DNA from: Candidatus Hermodarchaeota archaeon
GTDB lineage: Archaea; Asgardarchaeota; Thorarchaeia; Thorarchaeales; Thorarchaeaceae
Length of the DNA stretch: 25,483 nt
Direction of reading: 5' to 3'
NCBI GenBank assembly: GCA_048885865.1
Contig: JBHLLF010000038.1
Coordinates: forward strand, 1 to 25,483
Both the position numbers and the translations under genes were made by a program. The notes under the pieces are model-generated. The model worked only from the letters and a program-made list of their open reading frames with translations, made no database searches and had not been told where the DNA came from. Each line of letters starts with the position of its first letter. Positions within the stretch are counted from its first letter, which is position 1. This document shows, piece after piece, positions 16,159-23,801 of the stretch.

Positions 16159-16440
16159 TTGGCTTATCTCACATGGCGTTCTTATGTCCGCTCAGGGCCG
16201 GTATGTCTTGGAGCACTCTTGGTAATAGCGGGTGCAATTATTGCACTACTGCCATCCATTGACGTTCAATACGCCTTCTTTGGCGAAATGACGGTTCTCA
16301 TTGGTGCAGGTGTTGCTGTGCTAGGGCTTATCTTTATCCTGGTCGGATTCTTCTTCACTAAGAAGAAGCGCGATTCAGTTTTGGCACCAGTGGATACGAA
16401 GGTCGACGACACACCACCTCCACCACCGCCGATGGATTGA
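16159..16440 (+). CDS. Small two-TM membrane protein with C-terminal polyproline
   Basis: Two hydrophobic helices, KKKR stop-transfer and a PPPPPPMD tail. AGGAG before TTG 16159, with a terminator-like element downstream. Confidence 0.75.
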   Translation: MAYLTWRSYVRSGPVCLGALLVIAGAIIALLPSIDVQYAFFGEMTVLIGAGVAVLGLIFILVGFFFTKKKRDSVLAPVDTKVDDTPPPPPPMD

Positions 16441-16469
16441 ATCGAATTCATCGAACCACTCTATAATCT

Positions 16470-16521
16470 GGGTCTGTGGACCGTGATTGGTCCATAGCCC
16501 CATTTTGTCTCTTTTTCATTT
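16470..16521 (+). terminator. Hairpin + T-rich terminator
   Basis: GGGTCTGTGGACC / GGTCCATAGCCC stem followed by TTTTGTCTCTTTTTCATTT. Confidence 0.6.
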
Positions 16522-16611
16522 CATCTTGAATTGCTAATTCACCTCCATCCAGCAAATCCCTATATGTAACCTGAGCCAGTTTGAGTTTAGAATTGACAAA
16601 GGTAGGGAACT

Positions 16612-16902
16612 ATGACATTCCTAGAATACAGAGACAACCAGTTTCATGAGTGTTCAGGCACGCCATCCTCGGAGATCACCTTGAAGGTTGACGATGCCCA
16701 GAGGAAATTGATACTCACCGTCCCTGGTGGAGTCGGAATGATTGCAAGGCGTTCAGCAGAACGTGGAGCGCGATCAATTCAGAAGTCAGGCTTTCAGACA
16801 GCCAGGAAGGGCCGTATTGGAGCTGGGTACGAGCTTGTCATTGAGGGTCATGGTGGCTCTCTACCTGATAGGCTGAAACACTCTCCACGAGAAGTATACT
16901 AG
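16612..16902 (+). CDS. Single-domain gelsolin/cofilin-like protein (ProGel-like)
   Basis: ITLKVDDAQRKLILTVPGGVGMIARRSAERGARSI parallels the gelsolin core of 20511..21428 (VVCVVDDETKSIYLWKGTQAGIRRKFIGARVATNL). 96 aa, with its own TATA-like element near 16560. Confidence 0.5.
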   Translation: MTFLEYRDNQFHECSGTPSSEITLKVDDAQRKLILTVPGGVGMIARRSAERGARSIQKSGFQTARKGRIGAGYELVIEGHGGSLPDRLKHSPREVY

Positions 16903-16973
16903 AGCATGACTAATGACTATGACCTACTTAGCAAAGAACCGATAGTCCAGAGGGAGCTGGAGGTCGAGGAACC

Positions 16974-18752
16974 GTGTCAGATGAAGATGTAAGGCGTATG
17001 ATTGAGGAAGCAACAAAGGAGTCTCTAAGACAGTCCTTTACTGAAGCTGGACGGAAATTCATTGAGGCCGCTGAAACCTCGGAGCGAAGAGGTGACTACG
17101 AGGGTGCAGATAAGCTATATCGTCAGGCCGCTGATGCATATGAGAAGGCTGCGGATAAATATAGGACTGGCAAAGGATTCAAGAATTCAGCCATGAATAT
17201 GTGTGCAGCTGGCGATGTCTATTCAGAGCTGGGAGAGTCGCAGAAGGCCGTTGAATCCTATGGCTATGCCGCAGAGGATCTATTTGCAGCAGCAGGAGAA
17301 CACCTACTCTGGGGCGAAGACGCAGAAACCGCCAAGGGTACTGCCCTTGCAATGGCTGCGTGCATGATACTCCTAATGATTGGGAGAGAGGCCGACTCCT
17401 TCTATCGAGCCCGTACCTTCTCAGCAGAGAATGCTTCGAAGCTTAGATTCCCTGCCATTGTGCGCCTAAGTCAAATCCCTCAGATGATTGAAACCTCGAT
17501 TCAAGCAATGGACCTCGAAGGCTTTGCCACTGCAGAAACCGCGGCAGTGACAGAGTTGAAAGCAGCCCTGGCTAATGCTAATGCTCAGGAGTTCACCAAA
17601 TATGTGGATAAAGGACTGGATATGGTCAGAGAGATTCTTAGAGGCAAGCTCAGGGTTCCTAGGCTTGTTCCCCAATTGGCTCTGCCAAACGACATGACTT
17701 TTTCAGAGGAATTCCCAATTCGCGTCCTAATTCAAAACGCAGGTGACGGCGAAGCTACAAACGTGAACCTCGAATGGCATATTGATGAAGACCTTGTAGT
17801 CATGTCAGGTGAGCGGAAGAAATCCATTCCGATGCTTCCGCCCGGTGAATCCCTTGACATAGCAGTTGTTGTAAAGGCGAAGGAGGGCATAATGGGCATA
17901 AAGGAATACAGCATTATGATGAAGGGGGTCTACAGTGATAAACTGAAGACTGAATACTCACTGCAAGCAGGGCCCGGAACACTTGTGCTGAAGGACTTCA
18001 AAGAAACCGAGAAACTTCAACAGGCTCTTGATGTTACAGATACTCGATTAGGACTTCTTACCTCCACCGTTGAGGACTCACCATTTGAAAAAGAAGTGTT
18101 ACATGGTGTCGTTTCATCCATTTCCAACTCAGTGAACCAGGCACGCACCTATCTCGATGAAGGAGATATCCCCTCTGCACGAGGCTGCGTTCATGTGGTC
18201 AACGAGATGGTTGACAAGATTGATGCAATCCTTGGCGATGAGGAGCTTATCGCAAGAGTGAACGAAGCCAAGGAGGCGAAGAAGCGATCCTATGCAAAAG
18301 TAATGCTTCAATCCGCCAAAGAAGAGATTGATTCTACACTGAAAGGTAAGCAAGCCAAGATTGAGGCAGCCTCTCTTGAAGCGAAAGTTGATTGGGGCAA
18401 CGAAGCTGAATCCAAGAAAGCGCTTGCTACTCTCATTTCTGGTGCACGTGATAAGACATCCAATCTAATCGGGGAATTGGAGGCTCTAAAGAGTGAACTG
18501 CCCTCCGCTGCCGATTCAGTAGATCCAACTGAAGGCGCCCTCAGAACCAAACATCGTACAATGGTAGAAACAGCAGTGAGTAAACTATCTGGGATACGTG
18601 CGGAGCTTGAACGAATGTCAAGCGATAGGGTACTTGCTGTAGGTGTAGCGCCAGAAACTCCGGATAAAGTGGCATTAGCACAGAAGCTTCTGGACGAGCT
18701 TATTTCAGATGTTAATGCAATTCTAGAATCAAAGAAGACAGAAACTGGGTAG
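16974..18752 (+). CDS. alpha-SNAP/TPR-like solenoid + Ig-like (CARDB-type) domain + helical/coiled-coil C-terminus
   Basis: A..F..AA, A..Y..AA..Y..AA..Y and A..Y..AA repeats, then F.IRV.IQNAGDGEATNV.L..LPPGES..I (Ig-like beta sandwich), then long amphipathic helices. GTG start with GGAGG upstream. No signal peptide or clear membrane anchor. Confidence 0.6.
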   Translation: MSDEDVRRMIEEATKESLRQSFTEAGRKFIEAAETSERRGDYEGADKLYRQAADAYEKAADKYRTGKGFKNSAMNMCAAGDVYSELGESQKAVESYGYAAEDLFAAAGEHLLWGEDAETAKGTALAMAACMILLMIGREADSFYRARTFSAENASKLRFPAIVRLSQIPQMIETSIQAMDLEGFATAETAAVTELKAALANANAQEFTKYVDKGLDMVREILRGKLRVPRLVPQLALPNDMTFSEEFPIRVLIQNAGDGEATNVNLEWHIDEDLVVMSGERKKSIPMLPPGESLDIAVVVKAKEGIMGIKEYSIMMKGVYSDKLKTEYSLQAGPGTLVLKDFKETEKLQQALDVTDTRLGLLTSTVEDSPFEKEVLHGVVSSISNSVNQARTYLDEGDIPSARGCVHVVNEMVDKIDAILGDEELIARVNEAKEAKKRSYAKVMLQSAKEEIDSTLKGKQAKIEAASLEAKVDWGNEAESKKALATLISGARDKTSNLIGELEALKSELPSAADSVDPTEGALRTKHRTMVETAVSKLSGIRAELERMSSDRVLAVGVAPETPDKVALAQKLLDELISDVNAILESKKTETG

Positions 18753-18762
18753 ATTTCTCTAC

Positions 18763-19968
18763 TCAATTTCTTCTCTTGTTCATGAATTGCTCTAGCCTGT
18801 TCATTGCGTCCTCTATCATCTCGGGTGGAGGAAGGAATACGCTTCTGAAATGTGCCGCGCCATATATTGGATCAAAGCCAGAGCCGGGGACAAACACGAC
18901 GCCTGTATTCTTGAGAACATCAAGCACAAACTCGGTGTCATTAGCCCACCTGTCCAACAGCTCAATCCTCGGCATGATGTAGAATGCGGCCTGAGGCAAT
19001 CTTGTTGAAATCGAATCAATCTCGTTCAGCCTCTTCCATATCAGGTCTCTTCTAACTCTCAATCTGGTCATTACGTCTATCAGATGACTTCCGTCACTTC
19101 TGAGTGCAGCTGCAGTGGCCAGTTGTGCCGGGGCATTGGAGCAGATTCTGATTCTAGCCTGTCTCACCATAGCATCGCGAAGCGGCTCAAGCTCTCCATC
19201 CTGGTCGTGATAGTATACATACCCCACTCTCCATCCGGGAGCTAGGTAGACTTTGCTAACACCATTAAAGCCCATGACCGGAATTTCTCCTGCCGCCTTG
19301 ACCATTGGAGTCTGGTCCTTGTCGAAAGTGAGTTGGTCATAGATCTCGTCAGTTATGAGTGGAAGTTCGTACTCACCTGCTATTCCTGCTATCTCTTTGA
19401 GTGTCTTCTCATCATAGACAGCACCTGTTGGATTATTTGGATTAATAGCGAGGATGCCCACGGTGTTTTCGTTGATCTTCTTTCTAAGATCTTCCGTATC
19501 CGGAGCCCAATCTTCCTCCTCGATTGTACGATATGTTCTAGGGACACCTCCAAAGAAGCTGACATAGCCGACATATGGAGGATATGAGGGTCCAGGAACA
19601 AGAAGCTCGGAACCATCGTTTACAAGTGCTCCCGCAAGGAATTGGATTGCCTCCGAAATCCCAGTTGTTGCAATGATTCGCCCAGGATCGACATCGATCC
19701 CATTGACTCGCTTTTCCTTTTCAGCTGCAGCCTGCTTAAGTTCATCAAGCCCTTCTGATGGAGAGTACCCATTCACACCATCGCGTGTGGCCTTGCACAT
19801 GGCTTCTATCATGAATTCGGGAGTTTCCCAGTCATACTGTATGGGATCACCAATATTGAGATAGAGTGGGGATTCGCCACTATCCTTCTCATACTGCTTG
19901 GCAGCTACTACCACATCTCTAATGGCATATTTCAGGTTTGCAGCTCTCGAGGTGATTCTCAGTTTCAA
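18763..19968 (-). CDS. PLP-dependent aminotransferase class I/II (alanine aminotransferase-like)
   Basis: YAIRD, LNIGDP, GYS.SEG, INPNNPTGAVY, DEIYD, SKVYLAPGWRVG (PLP lysine) and VPGSGF..HFR.VFLP. Confidence 0.92.
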   Translation of the reverse strand: MKLRITSRAANLKYAIRDVVVAAKQYEKDSGESPLYLNIGDPIQYDWETPEFMIEAMCKATRDGVNGYSPSEGLDELKQAAAEKEKRVNGIDVDPGRIIATTGISEAIQFLAGALVNDGSELLVPGPSYPPYVGYVSFFGGVPRTYRTIEEEDWAPDTEDLRKKINENTVGILAINPNNPTGAVYDEKTLKEIAGIAGEYELPLITDEIYDQLTFDKDQTPMVKAAGEIPVMGFNGVSKVYLAPGWRVGYVYYHDQDGELEPLRDAMVRQARIRICSNAPAQLATAAALRSDGSHLIDVMTRLRVRRDLIWKRLNEIDSISTRLPQAAFYIMPRIELLDRWANDTEFVLDVLKNTGVVFVPGSGFDPIYGAAHFRSVFLPPPEMIEDAMNRLEQFMNKRRN

Positions 19969-20055
19969 ATGAATCCACTCGTGTCTGTCGACTCGAGGCC
20001 TCCGTATATTGTTTGCTATCAGGGGCGCATCCTAACTAAATTAGCCCCAACCGTG

Positions 20056-20072
20056 GCAAAAAAAGCGGCTTT
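20056..20072 (-). terminator. Oligo-T terminator after the gelsolin-roadblock pair
   Basis: Minus strand reads AAAGCCGC followed by a run of 7 T, about 20 nt after the roadblock stop. Confidence 0.45.
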
Positions 20073-20086
20073 GAATTAGAGCGGCC

Positions 20087-20482
20087 TCATGTTGAGAGTA
20101 GATCGCCAACCTCTTTGGCATATTTCCTCATCTGAGTCGTTGCCAGACCCATAGATGTCAAGTCCTTCGCTGCACCCATGAGTAGGAATTCTCCAGCTTG
20201 TGAAAGCACTGCAAATCCTTTCGCTCCTCTGACCGTCACCTCGAAGAGGTCTCCCAAATCTAATTTCTCTGCAGACGCAGCCATCTCTCCCGTCATCAGC
20301 AATGCTGCACTTACAGCAGCCATGAGATCTGGATCTGCTTCCGAGTCTTCAGTGGCGAAGTACGCCAGCTTCACACCCTGCTTGCTGACCACCGCAATGG
20401 CGTCAAGGTCTGCATAGTTAGTCAATCCCATCAGGAGCTCTACGAGTTCCTTCTCTTTTTCTGGGTCCAGATGTTGCGACAT
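20087..20482 (-). CDS. Roadblock/LC7 domain protein
   Basis: LDAIAVVSKQG..DPDLMAAVSAALL..GE..L.LG.L.EV.VRG.KG.......MGL roadblock pattern. Confidence 0.88.
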   Translation of the reverse strand: MSQHLDPEKEKELVELLMGLTNYADLDAIAVVSKQGVKLAYFATEDSEADPDLMAAVSAALLMTGEMAASAEKLDLGDLFEVTVRGAKGFAVLSQAGEFLLMGAAKDLTSMGLATTQMRKYAKEVGDLLST

Positions 20483-20510
20483 TGTATTTTGCTCCCTATT
20501 GATTCATTGA

Positions 20511-21428
20511 TTATTTTGCGACAAGCTTCTTCTTCTTTTTAGCGGTCTTGGCCTTTTCATCGGCGGTTGGCATGACAGGCGCTTCGGTCTCAGAACGGAA
20601 GAATGTGATGAGGTCTCCCAGGCGCTCCTTCATTTCCTGTTTGATTGGACTCAGGATGGCTTCAGGTGTGCCCTTCAGTAGCTCGATACCTAGCACTTTT
20701 CCATCTTTGACAATAACGCGGGGAATGAATCCCTCCGCCATAAACGTACCTTCTGGGGGATCTTTGACCCTTTCGAACTTCCTTTCAACTTTCTCTTGTC
20801 CGAATACTGCTATCTTGTGCTCTGCAACGGTAAATAGTTCGTTATACACGATTAGCAATTCTCTCTGATAGCCTTCAGGCGGATCTGTAGTCTGCAGCTC
20901 TTCAATCATGGCCTTTATTTCACCTGAGATTGGACTTGCAGGCATAGATGTTGCCGCAGGAGCTGCTGATGGTCTTGAAGGTGACATGGCAGAAACAGGT
21001 GGTTTCGGAGGTGGTGCAGTTGCCTTCGGCTTTGGGGGAGGTGCAGCTTCGGTCTTCGATGCTGGCGCTTCTGCCTCAGGTGCCTTTGGTTTGGGCTTTG
21101 GCGGAGCTGGAGTAGGGGCCGTTTCCCCGGGCTTTAGCACTCGTGTTGCGGCGGTTGTCCCATCAAGAGCAGTGAAGAATGTGGGTGGCTCTTCTCCTTC
21201 GTCTACTGCCCTCACCTTGAAATGGAACCCATATTCAGTTCGAAGATTGGTCGCAACTCTTGCACCAATGAACTTTCTTCTGATTCCTGCTTGAGTGCCT
21301 TTCCACAGGTAGATTGACTTGGTTTCGTCATCAACTACACAGACTACCATTTGAGAATCCAAGTCCGCCTTGGAGATCTCAACTTCGTTGAGAGTCCCAT
21401 CCTCCATTACCTCATAACCTACGACCAT
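20511..21428 (-). CDS. Asgard gelsolin-domain protein (1DGelX-like): gelsolin domain, Pro-rich linker, domain X, polybasic tail
   Basis: LDSQMVVCVVDD..IYLWKG..R.KF.GAR.A..L....VDEGEEP..F (gelsolin domain), a P/A/K-rich linker, a PPEGYQRELLIV...GKVLGIELL domain, and a KKKKK tail. Confidence 0.82.
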   Translation of the reverse strand: MVVGYEVMEDGTLNEVEISKADLDSQMVVCVVDDETKSIYLWKGTQAGIRRKFIGARVATNLRTEYGFHFKVRAVDEGEEPPTFFTALDGTTAATRVLKPGETAPTPAPPKPKPKAPEAEAPASKTEAAPPPKPKATAPPPKPPVSAMSPSRPSAAPAATSMPASPISGEIKAMIEELQTTDPPEGYQRELLIVYNELFTVAEHKIAVFGQEKVERKFERVKDPPEGTFMAEGFIPRVIVKDGKVLGIELLKGTPEAILSPIKQEMKERLGDLITFFRSETEAPVMPTADEKAKTAKKKKKLVAK

Positions 21429-21649
21429 GATTATTCACTAACTTGCAGTTTTTGTCTTCTTGCTCCTGTGCCCCCAGAATTGGGCAGCTAATGACTAGTT
21501 GAGATATGGTCATCTCTATGGACAGCTGGATATCTCTGTTTGGGATATAAGATTGTTATTGTGGTGGATGTTTTGACTGTAAACGCTGAAACTGATAGTG
21601 GTCAACAAGCCTTATGTAGAAGGGGAGCTAATGGCCTTAGTCGGTGCCA

Positions 21650-22732
21650 ATGACTGAACAGTCAGCAGAAGCATTCTATGCTGAGCAATTTGGTAAAGGC
21701 AAGACTCTCACTTGGTTTCAATTTGCTTTGGGATTTATTATCTCCACCTTCATTATGATTGGATCCACTTGGGGTCTAATATACGTCTATGATGTCCTAA
21801 CGGAATTCTCAATTTCACCATCGAATCTGGGCATATACACGCTGGCGATGACAATAGGATCCCTTGTTGCCACGATACTTGGTGTCGTCATTTGCTACAT
21901 CATTCTAAAGGTCCCTCGTGCTGGGACATTGCTTCTAAGGGTTCATAGGTTCTTCAAAAGAGGCACTGGGGAGTATTTCGTCTGGCCCGAACCCAAAGAT
22001 CAGACCTTGCGACTTGTCTTTCGCAGGTCATTGTACGGTTCCGTTCTGGTTGTTGGCATTGGCATGACACTTGTAAGCTTTGAATTAATGGGTGTGGCGC
22101 AGACTGCAGATCTCGCTGCATTCGGCACTTGGGTTGTCATACTCTCTGCCGCTGTACTTCCACTAACGGTCCTGATACTATACTACGGTCCATGGCTCAT
22201 CAAGGATGCAGGCCTTTTCCACTTGGATCTCAAAGACCGATCACTCAGCAATGTAGGCGACGACCTAGAAGACATGCTCGAGTTCTTTGCTGGCGTTGAT
22301 TTAGTTCTAGTTTGGCTTGAATTGACATTGACAGCAGGCTTCGAACAACCCTGGTTCTCAGTTTTCGTCATAATGGTTGCATTGGGTCCTCTGCTTGCCA
22401 TTATCTTCAACTTCACTCTTGTGTTTATGTTTATCAAGAATAGAGCCACTTTGCAGATTATTGACCGTCTGGTGGCTAGGTATGACACACAAGACATGTA
22501 TAATGCATCAGACAAAATCAGAAACAAGGTCCTTGCTCTCATAGACAGAGATATTCTTGCATCTTTGGAGCAATCCGATGAGAGTGCAAGCACTCCTGCT
22601 GAAGATGAATACGAACCGGTTCCTGGCGATCCTGTTGGCCACATGGACTCCGAATCTGAAGAGCTCGGGGAACTGGATGCTATTCAGGAAGAAGAAGCTG
22701 AATCAACAGATGATGGCCAGAGATGGTCCTAG
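21650..22732 (+). CDS. Polytopic membrane protein of unknown function with acidic C-terminal tail
   Basis: About 6 hydrophobic segments and a D/E-rich final 50 aa. Divergent from the gelsolin gene. ATG 21650 (GTG 21644 alternative). Confidence 0.7.
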   Translation: MTEQSAEAFYAEQFGKGKTLTWFQFALGFIISTFIMIGSTWGLIYVYDVLTEFSISPSNLGIYTLAMTIGSLVATILGVVICYIILKVPRAGTLLLRVHRFFKRGTGEYFVWPEPKDQTLRLVFRRSLYGSVLVVGIGMTLVSFELMGVAQTADLAAFGTWVVILSAAVLPLTVLILYYGPWLIKDAGLFHLDLKDRSLSNVGDDLEDMLEFFAGVDLVLVWLELTLTAGFEQPWFSVFVIMVALGPLLAIIFNFTLVFMFIKNRATLQIIDRLVARYDTQDMYNASDKIRNKVLALIDRDILASLEQSDESASTPAEDEYEPVPGDPVGHMDSESEELGELDAIQEEEAESTDDGQRWS

Positions 22733-22742
22733 CACCTTCAGC

Positions 22743-23801
22743 CTAGTCCAGCAGCATCACCGATCCATCAGAGAATCCAAATCCAACTTCAGCATCTTTC
22801 ATGGATCTTAGTCTATGGGCTAGAGATTCATCTGGAACTGAGGCCACAATAGTCTGACCATGAAAATCAAGAGTGATTCTGAAAGTTCCGATCCTTGGAA
22901 CTACTGAGATGACTGATGCCACTGGAATGCCCTTGCTGACATCCAAAGTCAAGAAGATGTCTTCTGGTTTGACAGTATACTTGACTGTTTGGCCTTTGTC
23001 CGCAACGCCGTTTGCTGCAAATTGATAACCACTGGTATCAACAATCACGCGTTCTTGATGAAGCTCTACTACTTGACCAGTCAAAATGTTACCACTCCCC
23101 AAGAAGCTGGCAACAAACTCGTTAGCGGGTTTATCGTAGAGTTCTTCAGGATGGCCCACTTGATCGACCACTCCCTCATTTAGAATAGCCACTCGGTCAG
23201 AGATGGCAAATGCCTCATCCTGGCTGTGGGTCACGTAAATAGTGGTGATATTGAGTTCGTCCTGTATTCTCCGAATCTCGGTTTGGAGTCTCTCTCTTAA
23301 TTGAGGATCTAGTGCTGAGAGTGGTTCATCTAGGAGAAGAAGATTCGGCTCTTTTGCAAGTGCTCGAGCAAGGGCTATCCTCTGTCCCTCTCCTCCGCTT
23401 ACTTCGTTGCTACGTCTCATCAGCAAGCCCCGAATACCCAGAAGGTCCGCCAGAAATTCAACCCGCTCAATAGTTGCCTCTCGACTCCATCCAGCCATCT
23501 CAAGTGCGAATGCAATATTCTGATAGACATTCATGTTTGGAAAGAGCGCCACAGACTGAAACACCATCCCTATGTTCCGATCTCTTGGAGGAGCCGCCGT
23601 GACATCCTGGCCATCGAACAGAAGCTTGCCTGCTTGTGGCCTGAAAAAGCCCGCTATCATTCGAAGTGTTGTTGTCTTTCCTGAACCGCTTGGTCCCAGT
23701 AAGGTCATGAGCTCACCATCTCCTACTTTGAGGTCAATAGGGCCAATACTTGTCCCATCTCTGAATCTTCGCATGAGTCCAAGCAGTTCAACACTAACCA
23801 C
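22743..23801 (-). CDS. ABC transporter ATP-binding protein (Fe3+/thiamine/polyamine type)
   Basis: GPSGSGKTT, VFQ, VSGGEGQR, LLLDEP, VTH and a C-terminal TOBE-like region. Confidence 0.93.
   Translation of the reverse strand: MVSVELLGLMRRFRDGTSIGPIDLKVGDGELMTLLGPSGSGKTTTLRMIAGFFRPQAGKLLFDGQDVTAAPPRDRNIGMVFQSVALFPNMNVYQNIAFALEMAGWSREATIERVEFLADLLGIRGLLMRRSNEVSGGEGQRIALARALAKEPNLLLLDEPLSALDPQLRERLQTEIRRIQDELNITTIYVTHSQDEAFAISDRVAILNEGVVDQVGHPEELYDKPANEFVASFLGSGNILTGQVVELHQERVIVDTSGYQFAANGVADKGQTVKYTVKPEDIFLTLDVSKGIPVASVISVVPRIGTFRITLDFHGQTIVASVPDESLAHRLRSMKDAEVGFGFSDGSVMLLD

Noticed and set aside
16906-16924. Three short ATGAC(T/C) direct repeats between genes
   Set aside because: Too short and irregularly spaced to distinguish from chance, and not CRISPR-like.
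20087-20482. Profilin call for the small gene next to gelsolin
   Set aside because: The motifs (AAVSAALL..GE, L.LG.L, V.G.KG, MGL) fit roadblock/LC7 better.
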